Source: Octopus vulgaris
Lineage: Eukaryota
Assembly: GCA_951406725.2 (NCBI GenBank)
Contig: OX597824.1
Location: 29,512,001 to 29,576,000, forward strand
DNA: 64,000 nt
Direction of reading: 5' to 3'
A model generated the notes under the pieces. It searched no databases. It was not told the DNA's origin and saw only the letters and a program-made list of their open reading frames with translations. Below, piece after piece: positions 1 through 13,150 of the stretch; the stretch's first letter is position 1; every line of letters starts with the position of its first letter. A program made the translations under genes and the position numbers.

Positions 1-5
1 GTCAC

Positions 6-416
6 TTTACTTTACTTGTTTTTAGTCATTTGACTGCGGCCATGCTGGAGCATCGCCTTTAGTCGAGCAAATCGACCCCGGGACTTATTCTTTGTAAGCC
101 CAGTACTTAGTCTATCGGTCTCTTTTGCCGAACCGCTAAGTGACGGGGACGTAAACACACCGGCATCGGTTGTCAAGCAATGCTAGAGGGACAAACACAG
201 ACACACAAACATATACATACACATACATACATACATATATATACATATATACGACAGGCTTCTTTCAGTTTCCGTCTACCAAATCCACTCACAAGGCATT
301 GGTCGGCCCGAGGCTATAGCAGAAGACACATGTCCAAGGTGCCATGCAGTGGGACTGAACCCAGAACCATGTGTTTGGTAGGCAAGCTACTTACCACACA
401 GCCACTCCTGCGCCTA
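6..416 (-). mobile_element. tRNA-derived SINE (CORE-like family with internal CA/TA microsatellite)
   Basis: Minus strand begins AGGCGCAGGAGTGGCTGTGTGGTAAG (A box)...GGGTTCAGTCCC (B box), then a CCTTGG-CA-GTGTCTT CORE-like block; more than 10 related copies in the window. Confidence 0.85.
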
Positions 417-663
417 TAGTTGTTGTTTTTTTTTTGTCCTTTTTCTAAGTCTGGTCTTAGTCTCTGAATGTTTTCCGTCTAATTTCGGTTTTGCTCTTTT
501 CTTCGTCTTATCTCGGTGTTTTCTAAGCAAGTTTCACTCTATTCTGGTTTCGTTGTCAGCTTTTCTTGGTCTTTATTCTTTCTTGCTTTTATTTCAATCA
601 TGTCTTGCTCTTACTTCGCTGTACGTATTTGCTTGTTTGCTTGTGTCTATATGTGTGTGCTGT

Positions 664-1043
664 GGAGGCGCAATGGCCCAGTGGTTAGGGCAGCGGACTC
701 GCGGTCGTAGGATCGCGGTTTCGATTCCCAGACCGGGCGTTGTGAGTGTTTATTGAGCGAAAACATCTAAAGCTCCACAAGTCTCCGGCAGGGATGATGG
801 TGATCCCTGTTGTACTCTTTCACCACAACTTTCTCTCACTCTTACTTCCTGTTTCTGTTGTACCTGTATTTCAAAGGGCCGGCCTTGTCACTCTCTGTGT
901 CACGCTGAATATCCCCGAGAACTACGTTAAGTGTACACTTGTCTGTGGAGTGCTCAGCCACTTACACGTTAATTTCACGAGCAGGCTGTTCCGTTGATCG
1001 GATCAACCGGAACCCTCATCGTCGTAACCGACGGAGTGCTTCC
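664..1043 (+). mobile_element. tRNA-derived SINE (Arg-like head, octopus OR-type), near full length
   Basis: GGAGGCGCAATGGCCCAGTGGTTAGG...GGTTTCGATTCC A/B boxes; near-identical copies at 2417-2783 and 40697-41070; head shared with 38179-38450. Confidence 0.85.
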
Positions 1044-1302
1044 CATGTGTGTGCTATACCCTCGTGCCTGTCGCCTTGGTCTATTTTCAGTCGTATATTG
1101 GTCTGTTCTCAGGCCAATATGGGTCTTTTCTCTGGTGTTGGTCTTTTCTTCGTCTAACTTCGGTCGCTTTTGTTTAACCCTGCGTCAGTCGTGATTGAAA
1201 TGACTTATAACTGGCGTAACGATGTCAATCCGTGCATAAGTATTTTGTTGTTAAACTCTAAACGAAACATTAACAGATTTTGGTGATGTTATTCACTAGG
1301 TC

Positions 1303-1510
1303 GAGGGCGGCGAACAGGCGGGTTCCTTAGAATATCGGATAAAATGTCCAATGGTATTTCTTTCGACCCCTTAGGTTCTAAGTCCAAATTTTGCCGAGGT
1401 TGACTGCTTTCATCCCTTCGGTCTCGATAAAATGCGTACAAGTCGTGAACCGGGGTCGATGAAATCAACTAACACCTCTCACTAATATTGCCGGCCTTGT
1501 GTCGAAATTA
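1303..1510 (+). mobile_element. Diverged MetaSINE-like tRNA SINE
   Basis: GCCGAGGTTGACTGCTTTCATCCCTTCGGTCTCGATAAAATG matches the central block of the better-preserved copies. Confidence 0.7.
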
Positions 1511-1790
1511 GAAACAGTTATTTATTTCCTCGTCTGTAGGTTTTGTTCGTCATATTGTAAACAAAATAAAATTCTTAGCATTCATTTTGATTTGGCTTAA
1601 ACTCTTTTGCTTTCTTTACAATGCTGCTACATAAATGAAAGAGGTCACCGTTTCTCTGCAGTTTCGGTTGTACAAGCAACACCTGTGATTATCATTGTTT
1701 TGTTAACCATGCAGATGGGGGGGGGATGTGATATTTCTGTATAAATGTCTGTATGTGTGAGTTTACATAAACATATACATATACATATAA

Positions 1791-1830
<40 letters not shown>

Positions 1831-1996
1831 ACATATACATGCATACACACATGCAAATATACATACCTACACCCTCACAAATTCATACATTCATATATAC
1901 ATATATACATTCATACATACATACATACATACATACATACATACATACAAATGTACATACATGCGTATAATCTGTACAGACAAAATCTTTCTCGTA

Positions 1997-2051
<55 letters not shown>

Positions 2052-2416
2052 GTGTGTGTGCCTGTGTCTGTGTCCGTGTGTGCTTGTGTCTGCGTGTACG
2101 TATACCTACAAACATTAGAATAAAGAATAATCATACACCTGTCTGAGTGAGTCGAATGTTCCGCATCTTAGAACAATATTGATACATTCTTTTGAATACA
2201 GGTGAAAATGTTAATTCTGTTGCTTGTCTTGTTATTGTAGTTGATTTCATTACAAGTGCCGCAGCATGCATAGTTATCATCCTCATCCTCATCCTCGCCG
2301 CCATTTTCGTCGTCGTTGTCTGCAGTAACTCTTGATTTTCATTTCATTTTCATCTACACCCAGAATTTGCCCAAGAACGTCGTCACGCTTACCTTCCAAA
2401 TAGTCTTCTATAAAAC

Positions 2417-2783
2417 AGTGGTTAGGGCAGCGGACTCGCGGTCATAGTATCGCGGTTTCGATTCCCAGACCGGGCGTTGTGAGTGTTTATTGAGCCAAAA
2501 CACCTAAAGCTCCACGAGGCTCCGGCAGGGGATGGTGGTCATCCCTGCTGTACTCTTTCACCACAACTTTCTCTCACTCTTACTTCCTGTTTCTGTTGTA
2601 CCTGTATTTCAAAGGGCCGGCCTTGTCACTCTCTGTGTCACGCTGAATATCCCCAAGAACTACGTTAAGGGTATACGTGTCTGTGGAGTGCTCAGCCACT
2701 TACACGTTAATTTCACGAGCAGGCTGTTTCGTTGATTCGGATCGACCGGAACCCTCATCGTCGTGACCGACGGAGTGCTTCCA
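2417..2783 (+). mobile_element. OR-type tRNA SINE, slightly 5'-truncated
   Basis: Near-identical to 664-1043. Confidence 0.85.
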
Positions 2784-3161
2784 TAAAACGCCATAATAGA
2801 ACATCCTGCGACCTCATTGCCCTACTGGCAGAGATGCGAGTGTGGCTGGTGGCACATTTGGTGCTAGACACCTTGTCTCAGTCAATGTTTGATCCAATAC
2901 CGCAGCTCTATCAAAGAGATGAGCTTCGAAAAGAGCGTGGAACAAGGAGAGAGTACACAATAATAATAATTATTATTCATTTTGGCACGAGGCCAGCCAT
3001 TTAGCGGTAGGGGTGGGGAAATCGAATACCTCTTTCCCAATGCTCAACTTGTAGGTGTTTTATCGATCTCGTGATGATGAAAGGAAAGTTAACCTCAGCG
3101 GCATTTAAACTTAGCCGGTAAGCGTTTTGTTCGGTGCAGTAAGGATTCTACTAGCTCGTTG

Positions 3162-3198
<37 letters not shown>

Positions 3199-3199
<1 letters not shown>

Positions 3200-4876
3200 G
3201 ATTCAGTGACGACATCAGAATGCAATTCGGCCTCGATAAATGTGCAAAAGCTACCTTTATCAAAGGAAAAATGACAGAAACATCTAACATTAACCTTGAC
3301 CAGCAGAATGTCATAAAAGAACTAGACCCAGCGGAGAGCTACAAGTACCTAGGGGTAATTGAAGGGAACGGAATAAGGCATTCAGAGATGAAGGAAAGGA
3401 TCAGGAGAGAATGTTATTGAAGAGTGAGAGCAATACTCAAGACAGAGCTGAATGCAAGAAACAGGATCGAAGCGATCAATGCATTAGCCATACCAGTCGT
3501 GACTTACAGTTTCAATATCGTTAACTGGTCAATTACTGAAATATGTCAGCTCCACAGAAAAATACGAAAACTGTTGATGCATAGAATGCACCACTCTAAG
3601 GCAGATACAGAACGACTTTATTTCCCAAGGAAAGAGGGAGACCGTGGTCTTTTACAACTGGCAATAACAATGAAGATTGCTACAATTGGCCTAGACACCA
3701 ACCTGAAAAAGTCTGAGGACTGGATGTTAAAACTTGTCTCAAAACATGAAAACAAGAAAGCATCATACTCAGTCACAAAACAGGCAAAGGAATATCTAAG
3801 TGAACTCCGAATACAACAAATTTCGGAATTAGAGATAGACATACAAGAAACAAGCGCAGAAAAAGCTAGGCGCATGAAAACCCGTGCCAAAACTGCGGCC
3901 TTAGATATTCTGAATAATAAATAGCAAGAAAAACCTCTCTATGGCAAATACCCAAAGAGAGCGAATAATGCAGATATTGACAAAGCCCTGACCCATCAAT
4001 GGCTAATGGCCTCTAGCTTAAAATCTGAAACAGAAGGGTTTATCATAGCAGCTCAAGATCAATGCCTACCAACAAGAAACTACCAGGCCAACATATTAAA
4101 GAACGGCAGTAGCCCATGTCGTGTATGCCGACAACAAAATGAAACCATTGATCATGTTGTCTCCAAATGCAGTCTTCTAGCGCCTACAGAGTACCTCAAC
4201 AGGCATGATAGAGCTGCACAATATATTCACTGGGTAATTTGCAAAAACCTGGATTTGCCCCATGAAAAAAACTGGTGGGAACACAATCCACCTCCAGTGC
4301 TTGAAAATGACCACATCTCGCTCCTCTGGAACTTCACCATTCAAACTGACAGAAAGATAGATGCAAATAGGCCAGACGTCATATTGAAAGACTTCAAACA
4401 AAGAACATGCCTCCTCATTGATATGACTGTCCCAATCGATATAAACGTATCTGTCAAGACCTACCAAAAACTGAGCAAATATAAAGATCTTGAAATAGAA
4501 ATCAGCAAAATGTGGAAGCTGAAGACTAAAACAATACCTGTTGTCATAGGTGCCCTGGGAATGATAGCGAAAGGGGCTGATTGCTACCTAACTCAGATAC
4601 CAGGAAACCCCAAAATGGCAGAAATTCAAAAGATAGTGCTCATGGGAACTGCTCATATCCTACGCAAAATACTCTCTATGTAATCCCAAGGTTTAAAACA
4701 AACTTTTTTTTTTATTTATGTATTAGACATTCACTAGTACAACACCAAAAACAAAAACAAAATATATGGCACACTAGGCATAACAACAACGTGAACTTCC
4801 AACCTGTTGTCTCTTGAGGTCTCTGGGTGAGATTTGGAGCCAACTTGTACAGACATAAAGCAAAAGTCAAACATAC

Positions 4877-4877
<1 letters not shown>
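3199..4877 (+). mobile_element. 5'-truncated R4/Dong-clade non-LTR retrotransposon (RT thumb, CCHC, restriction-like endonuclease, 3' UTR) inserted in (TAA)n
   Basis: FGLDKCA and YKYLG RT C-terminal motifs; CRVC-x7-H-x4-C knuckle; RHD; RPD...IDMTVP...KLSKY PD-(D/E)xK nuclease; (TAA)n tracts on both sides. Confidence 0.92.
3220..4683 (+). pseudogene. Disrupted RT/RLE ORF of the R4/Dong-type LINE
   Basis: ORF-track pieces 3220-3420, 3424-3924 and 4006-4683 are all in one frame, separated only by TGA (3418-3420) and TAG (3922-3924). Confidence 0.9.
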
Positions 4878-4908
<31 letters not shown>

Positions 4909-5214
4909 TAATAATGACGGACTTCTCTGTCGAAGACGGCGCATGAGAGTTCAGCTTTTGCCGAACGACCCGCACCAATGATTTGTTCATAGTGATCAAA
5001 AGGTATGCGCTGTACATTAGCTCACTCCATCCAACAAACTGACGTAGCCTGAACATGTGCACGGTGAACCACACACCAGGTATCAAAGTGATCACAGAGC
5101 AGCGTAGAATGAAGTGTTTTGCTCAAGAACACAACGTACTGCATACTGTAGGAACTGAAACCACGACTTTGCGAACGTGAGTGCAACACCCTAACCATTG
5201 ATAACATTAATAAT

Positions 5215-5428
5215 AATTCTTTCTACTAAAGGCGCATGGCCTGAAATTTTGGGAGTGAGGGCTAGTCGATTACATCGACCCCAGTGTTTCATTGGTACTT
5301 ATTTTATCGACCCTGAAAGGATGAAATCCTTGTCGAATTCGGTGGAATTTGAACTCAGAACGTAAAGACAGACGAAATGTCGCTAGGCATTTTGCTCGGT
5401 GTGATAACGATTCTGCCAGCTCACTGCT
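5215..5428 (-). mobile_element. MetaSINE-like tRNA SINE
   Basis: Reverse complement of GAGCTGGCAGAATCGTT...CTGAGTTCAAATTCC...CATCCTTTC. Confidence 0.75.
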
Positions 5429-5617
5429 ATATCTCGTTCCAGCCTGGTGGCAACAGTGTGTTCTTCATTGTTAGTTTCTACTGATTTTCTATAAAGAAGC
5501 TGAGAATTCTATAAGGAAATCGAGCTTCTACTTATTTTCTATAAGGAAGCTGAGAAATTATTTCAGAGTTTTCATACATGATACTGATGTGAGAGGGAGA
5601 GAGTAAAGCGCTTGAAA

Positions 5618-6140
5618 TCTATATCTATAAAAGGCAGGATGTGTGCGTGTGTGTGTACGTGAATGTACTTTATGCACGTCTACAAATTAGGACGCGTGTC
5701 GCTCCAATTTTAGGAGAATATTGGTCACAATCATAGCTGTGCTTTTGTTGACTTATTTTTCCCGAGGCACCCCAGGATAGCAGTAAAAATAGCTTTTGAA
5801 CTGTAACTTTTACCAATTTTCACGTCGGTGATTTCCGTAAGTTTGCTAACATGAGTTAAGTCCCCTGTCTTATAGATTAATTCACCCTACTAAATGCCTC
5901 CAAAAAAAAATTAGATTTGGACTACCAAAGCAATTTCAGTGTAGGAAAAGAGAAAGAGCTGAAGACACTGACTATCAGCAAACCCATTTATAAAATATAA
6001 CTTTTTGGGCCGAAACCTGGCAATAAAAGCTTGCGGATATTCCGCTACAAAACATTCAATAATATCGAAGCAGTTACTTTCAGGGTATAATTTTTGAAGA
6101 CACTTTCTGAACCCAGTCAACGGTGGGTATTTCTGCTATT
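5618..6140 (+). mobile_element. Probable non-autonomous Helitron
   Basis: Starts A|TCTATATCTATAAAAGG followed by a TG microsatellite; ends ACCC..CAACGGTGGGTATTTCTGCTAT, a subterminal hairpin plus degenerate CTAG. Confidence 0.55.
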
Positions 6141-7013
6141 GCTTATATAATCCATTGAAGGACGCTCTGAAATGACGTTGATGTTTTACAGCTTTTGTCT
6201 AAAGGAAAATTTTCCTCCGCTGCAAACCACAGCAAAAATGATTGTTTTATAGGAAAAATATATTCCAAGCATATTTGACTAGATCTAAAGTTTGTTTGTA
6301 AAGAAGTTGAAGAGGAGAAACGCTAAACATTTGGTTCCATGCTCAGTAAATTTACTTTCCCCAAAAGCTGTGACCTTGTGACAACACAAAAAAATAAGGT
6401 CTTTCTCTTTTCTTTTTTATCTGCATGTTGTTCTGTCAAACTTTACTTAATAATAACGAGATATATTATTTTTTTAAAGGAAAAAATGTATCACACTGGA
6501 ATACAGAAGCAGATGAAGAAACAAACAAGGAAAAAAAAAATTCAGAGACGATCTCTACACCTAATGTGATGTGAATATGTGGATCAACATTAGATTCTAC
6601 AAAAGACACACACACAAAAAAGAAGTTAATATTTGCAACTAGTATTTTTCGTTTTGGGGTTTTTATTTTATTTTATTCTTTTTTCTTGCTAACACGTCTT
6701 CTTAATGTCGTTTAATCACCACAGAAGGAGACCAATTACTCGAAGTTCAGAGTCTTAACAGATGATGAAACATGAATAAAAAATGCAAATAAATAATAAT
6801 TAAGAAAAAAAGAGTTGAGCAATAATCCCTAATCATTTCAAAGATGTCAATTTTCCCAAATTGTATTTTTGTTCTTATTTAATTTACTTCGTCTTTCGTC
6901 TTCGAAGAAAAATCCAAAAGATTGTTCTAAGTCTTTTGGGAATATTTGCTAAATTCCATCGTAGGAAATTGATTCTAGAAGATTGTGAAAAGAAAGAATT
7001 GTTTCTATCATGA

Positions 7014-7069
<56 letters not shown>

Positions 7070-7250
7070 CCCCCTCTCTTTCTCTATCTATCTCTCGCTT
7101 TCTCTCACTCACTCACTATATATATCTGTGTATACACGAATGTACACGAATGTATTATTATTATTATTATTATTATTGATGTTGTTGTTATTGCTGTTAT
7201 ACATATAGATGCCGATATATTAGGTATATACACATATGCACACATGCATC

Positions 7251-7295
<45 letters not shown>

Positions 7296-7360
7296 TACAT
7301 ATGTATGTGCTTGTGAGTGTACACTCATATATATACATATATATATATATGTATATACCT

Positions 7361-8070
7361 CTTTCAAGTAGCGTGCGTATTGTGAAAAATTATATTGTTA
7401 TGGACAATAGTTCCAATTTCGGCATATTTGGCATTAGAACTTTTGTCGTTTGCCCTTATTTATAAGTTGTTTATAATTTTAACCTTTAAAGGTATTTTTT
7501 TATATGCTGGCCATTGATAAAATTTTGTTTTCGAACAAATTTTATCCTACATTAAATATAAATTTGATAGCGTTCACTTCCGGACATTCTCACTCTGTGA
7601 GAGCCTCAGTTCAAATCGCACGTGTCTTGAATGGTCTGGAGTATTTATATTTTGGATATATTTGGGGTACTTAATTGCGCTCATGACTTAGTGTTTTGCT
7701 TCTTCCATGGGTATGAGTAAGTATCTCATTTATTTCTTTGCCTCATTTATCACTGACGGAGGGAGGGTTCTTACGAACTAACCCTGAAATCGGTCCGATA
7801 TGGTAATAATGGAATTTTAAAAAATTTCTGTCGACCTTTTTCAAGTAGCGTGCGTATTGTGAAAAATATATGGTTATGGACAATAGTTCCAATTTCGGCA
7901 TATTTGGCATTAGAAATTTTTCGTTTGCCTTTATTTATAAGTTGTTTATTTATAAGTTGTTTATTTATAAGTTGTTATAATTTATAAGTTGTTATAATTT
8001 ATAAGTTGTTTATAATTTTAACCTTTAAAGGTATTTTTTAATATGCTGGCCATTGAATTTTATCCTACAT

Positions 8071-8076
<6 letters not shown>
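7361..8076 (+). mobile_element. Non-coding Penelope-like remnant: ~200-bp direct repeats (7361-7560, 7839-8076) around a hammerhead-like motif, between (TA)n tracts
   Basis: TTTCAAGTAGCGTGCGTATTGTGAAAAA...TTTATCCTACATTAAATATA occurs twice; hammerhead-like motif at 7748-7800. Confidence 0.6.
7748..7800 (+). ncRNA. Degenerate minimal type-I hammerhead ribozyme motif
   Basis: TATCA CTGACGG AGGG..GTTC TTAC GAAC..CCCT GAAA TCGGTC CGATA: stem I TATC/GATA, stem II AGGG/CCCT, helix III one change from palindromic ACCGGT, GUC site. Confidence 0.55.
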
Positions 8077-8106
<30 letters not shown>

Positions 8107-8789
8107 TAAATTAGAGATAAAACCACTATTAGGCAAATCAAACAATGAAAAACATAAGCCAATACATAAAATTAATTAATTTATATTATTTTAAATATAT
8201 ATCAAAAGTATAAACAGTTTAATAAAAGATATATTAGTCATTTTTAAATATTTATGTAATTAGATATAGACTAATACCGATATTAGATTATTGGTGGGTT
8301 TCCTACCTTATAAATTAAAATAAATATTTAACATTATAGTCGATTTTGATATAATCATAATTGTTAAGTTTTATGTTTCTAGTTTGATAATAGAGTTTAT
8401 TATAAGTAAAAATCTAATGTTGATCCACATATATATATATATATATATATAGATAGATAGATAGATAGATATAGATAGATAGTAAGTCCGTGTGTTGAAG
8501 TGTGAGTTAAACGACCAGTATGAGAACTGATGTATGGCCAAGACGATTAGTAAATGGCCACATGAACACGAATATTATATAAATTTATATTTATGTCACA
8601 AAATAACATAAAATGGCAAAATAGTTTTGACACTCGACTGTGTGCGGCTTCTTGTTCATACATCACGAGATAGATTTGTTTCTGTTCCCCTCGGAAATGC
8701 TAAATTTGCATCCAGTTACTGTTCGGTGATCATCTTCATCTCCAACCACCAGCTCTCCCTGTGTCCAGGAGTCGGGCTGCCCTCTCTAT

Positions 8790-9062
8790 CCAAATCCCTC
8801 TGGGTTATGCTATATGCATTCAATCCGCTAGGTTTTTGTTTCCGGTTCATTCTTTGCTGTCTTTAGTACACAAACGTCTTTCGCGGACTCTTGCTCCCTT
8901 CCTCTCTACACTTCTTGTCAGAATGGTCTTGGGCAATGACTCCTGACACGTATGATGCCCAGTGATAGTAAATAGATTCAATTCTCCTCTGTGTCTCATA
9001 GCTAGCCCTTTTACGCTTAGAAACATTTTATCAGCAAAGTCATTTTTAGAAAAGGGTATCAT
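8790..9062 (-). pseudogene. Highly degenerate RTE-clade LINE C-terminal fragment
   Basis: Translation GHHTCQESLPKTILTRSVERKGARVRERR...DSKE*TG resembles the RTE motif GH..R...L.KTIL.G.VEG.R.RGR.R..W.D.IKEWTG. Confidence 0.55.
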
Positions 9063-9149
9063 TAAAAGATGCAGATATAAACGCCACCTCGTTTGAGAAT
9101 CATGGTAATATATACTTGCTAATATTAATGAGGAAATTTAAAGCATCGA

Positions 9150-9355
9150 TCTAGCAGAATCGTTTGCACGCCGGGCAAAATGCTTAGCGGCATTTCGTCT
9201 GCCTTTACTTTCTGAGTTCAAAATCCGCTGAGGTTGACTTTGTCTTTCACCCTTTCGGGGTCATTACGATAAGCATCAGTTGAGCAATGGACTCGATGCA
9301 ATCGACTTACTTCCATCCTACGAAATTGCTGTACTTGTACTAAAATTTGAAACCA
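9150..9355 (+). mobile_element. MetaSINE-like tRNA SINE
   Basis: GCAGAATCGTT..CACGCCGGGCAAAATGCTTAGCGG...GAGGTTGACTTTG. Confidence 0.75.
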
Positions 9356-9435
9356 ACCTTAATGATTAAGTTTCGTAGAACCTGGGATCCCGATTCTCAA
9401 TAATATTCCTCCACTGCTGGTGGTTTACTCTTTTA

Positions 9436-9845
9436 TTTACTATTTAACATGTTTCAGTCATTTGACTGTGGCCATGCTGGAGCACCGCCTTTTTAGTCGA
9501 GCAAATAGACCCCAGAATTTATTCTTTGTAAGCCTAGTACTTATTATATCGGGCTATTTTGCTGAACCGCTAAGTTACGGTGACGTAAACACACCAGCAT
9601 CGGTTGTCGAGCGATGTTGCGGGGACAAACACAAACACACTAACATATACACACACATACATACATATATATAAATATATACGACAGGCTTCTTTCCGTT
9701 TCCGTCTAGTAAATCCACTCACAAGGCTTTGGTCGGCCCGAGGCTATGGTAGGAGACACTTGCCCAAGGTGCCACGCAGTGGAACTGAACCCGGAACCAT
9801 GTGTTTCGTAAGCAAGCTACTTACCACACAGTCACTCCAACGCCT
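9436..9845 (-). mobile_element. CORE-like tRNA SINE
   Basis: Near-identical to 6-416. Confidence 0.85.
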
Positions 9846-10479
9846 ACAAAAGTCTTGCACGACAGTAATGCAACCCTACCCAAAAGAAGAGTTAAAAACT
9901 TGATTAGTATGTTTAACATACTCTGAACTATAAAACCATCTTTGTCCAGTATTTATCACTCCCTGTTCATTGATGAAACAAACATCCTGCAAGATGAACA
10001 GTTATGAGAGAGAACACGCTAACACAGGTTAAACATTTCAACTATATCCGTAACAAGACTTTTTTTTACGATAGGTATTGATTAGTTTGATATGTTATTT
10101 TATAGTATCGATATATACTACTTGTAGTCATCACGTGCCTGCCCACATCTGCCCGCTGTATATAACTTATCGTTTGTCTATCAATCGGATTATGCGTCTT
10201 ATAAATCAGATACACTTGCATCGACGTGCTGGACTCTATATTACTGAATATGTGTGCGCGTGCGGATGGGACTGCCACTGGGGCTGTGTGTGTTTGTATC
10301 TGTGTGTGTGTGTGCGTATGTGTGTGTGTGTATCTAGATATAAATCTGTATATTCACCTATTCATTTCATTTAATAGTTTATCTCGCTATTATCAGTATA
10401 CCTATCGGAATTCTGTATACTTCTTTAGATATACGGAGACATCACATCACACAACACAGATATACAAATATACATTCAT

Positions 10480-10514
10480 ATATAATATAAATAAATACAT
10501 ATATATATGTATGT

Positions 10515-10598
<84 letters not shown>

Positions 10599-10711
10599 AG
10601 AGAATCTATATATATGTTTTATATATATATGTATATATATATATATATTCATATTCATATATACATATGATATGTAAATAAATAAATGTATACATATGTT
10701 GGAATATGTGT

Positions 10712-10795
<84 letters not shown>

Positions 10796-10897
10796 ATGTG
10801 TGTGTGTGTGTATATATGTGTGTGTGTGTGTGTATATATATGTGTGTGTGTATATATATGTGTGTGTGTATATATATATATATGTATATGTATGTAT

Positions 10898-10935
<38 letters not shown>

Positions 10936-11510
10936 CCATATAAATATGTACACATACATATTCACACACACACGTATATGTGAGCGTAAATTTAATCAGC
11001 GTAAGGATTTTTGTTCAGTTGCTACGCTTATTTACACCGTTTCACATAAAGCCAGAAAACATACGACCCCTACCAACCCATCCCCAGCCTTTTAGAAAAA
11101 GTATTAGCTGATAATATTCCTATTGTTAAATACCAAGGGAAATTAATTCACCTGAGTACTTCAATTATATTTAAATGCTAGGACAAAAAACCTTTGATCT
11201 GAAATATATTCGTTAATATAGAAAACAGTGGCAAATAAGGTTAATAACTAGATTTCGATAATCTCGCGTCGTGGGTTTTATTGGTATTCTGCAGGAATAT
11301 TCTCAGACTCACATCATTGCGCTTGTATATTAGTGTGTCTGTTCCTTAGCTGAGGAAGTAGGTTTCGCACAGTTACAGAGTCAGAATCACACTTACTCAT
11401 ACATATGGGCGTGCATATAACGACGATAAAAGATACATACATATATACATACATACATATGTGTGTGTGTGTGTGTGTGTGTGTAGGAAATAGTGGTACA
11501 AGAAGGTACC

Positions 11511-11560
<50 letters not shown>

Positions 11561-11607
11561 GTATATGGCAAAACGATAGATGGAAGATAAGTATATATAT
11601 ATATAAG

Positions 11608-11642
<35 letters not shown>

Positions 11643-11714
11643 ATACATACACATATACGTGTGCATACATATAGAACATATATGCATATATCTGTGTGTG
11701 TATGATGTATACAT

Positions 11715-11753
<39 letters not shown>

Positions 11754-11939
11754 AACTTTTATGTGTGGTGAGGAGAGGCTTATATGTATATATATATATA
11801 TATATTTACAGATAGAAAAGTTGAAACAAAAATGGATGAAAGAATTATCCTAAAAAACGAAACAGAGTATTTTACTTCCAATAGACGTTCCAACAAATTG
11901 TTGTTATCTTGCACACACACCCACAGACACACACACAAG

Positions 11940-12034
<95 letters not shown>

Positions 12035-12138
12035 GCAGATGTAAATATATGCATAAAATAATCTGAAAGAATACTAATATAGATGTAATTCATTTAGCAT
12101 TATTGCATTGCAAAGTACCTTTCGCATTTGCTTATTCG

Positions 12139-12211
<73 letters not shown>

Positions 12212-12267
12212 GTAGTTGTTGTTGTAAATATTATTATTATTGTTGTAGTTGTTGTTGTTGTTGTTAC

Positions 12268-12301
<34 letters not shown>

Positions 12302-12350
12302 GTCGTTGTTGTTGTTGTTAATATTATTATTATTATTATTATCATTATTA
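10480..12350. repeat. Compound microsatellite field: (TA)n, (TG)n/(CA)n, (TTA)n, (TTG)n
   Basis: Directly visible; explains the YI/HT/CV/poly-I pseudo-ORFs. Confidence 0.95.
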
Positions 12351-13092
12351 CTTGACAGACCAATATTTCACGTTTGAAACTGTTAATATTACTTTCTAAT
12401 CTTCCTCCTCATCATCATCAGCAGCAGCAGCAACAGCAACAACAGCAGCAGCGCTAAAAATGTCTTTTTTTCATTTGAATTTCTTTCCGTTTGGTTTTAT
12501 TTATTTGCGCCATCTTGATTCTGGTTTCATTTCTGTTTTCTGTTTTTTTTCTTTTTATCGTTCATCGTTTTGGCCTCCTAGCAATGAAAGCAATGATGAC
12601 ATCATCACCATCACCATTATCATCATCATCATCACCATCGTCATCATCGTCATCGTCGTTATATACCCTTGTATGTGTTCATCATCATTGTGTCAATCAT
12701 CAGGTTTATCCAAAAGAATGTTGTCTTGATGGTGGTGATGGTACTGCTGCTGCTGATGATGATGATGGAGGAGGAGAGGCCGGAGTAAAGAAGAGGAGAA
12801 GCTAGAGGAAGTCTGTGATGTGATGCACAATAAGGGGGCGGGGCCCATGTTGGTATTAGGTGTGCTGTTGTTTACGTTTTCGGCTTAAAAATTACGATCT
12901 GATCGAACAGACGTTGAATCACGAATATATTCCAACGATGAACAACGATGTGCTTAAATGGTTGGACAAGCAGAAAGAGTGGGTTCGATCGTTGATGAAG
13001 ACGTTGATGGTGATGAAGGTGAGGTGGAGGTCGGCAAGCGACTTTGGGGGGACAAACACAAACACACAAATACACACACACTCACTTACTCA

Positions 13093-13149
<57 letters not shown>

Positions 13150-13150
<1 letters not shown>

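Noticed and set aside
664-740. SINE heads as functional tRNA genes (also 34913, 40259 and others)
   Set aside because: They continue into shared SINE bodies and lack proper acceptor stems and terminators
12860-13030. Possible host exon (NYDLIEQTLNHEY...)
   Set aside because: No recognisable domain or convincing splice sites; the ORF runs into SINE and microsatellite
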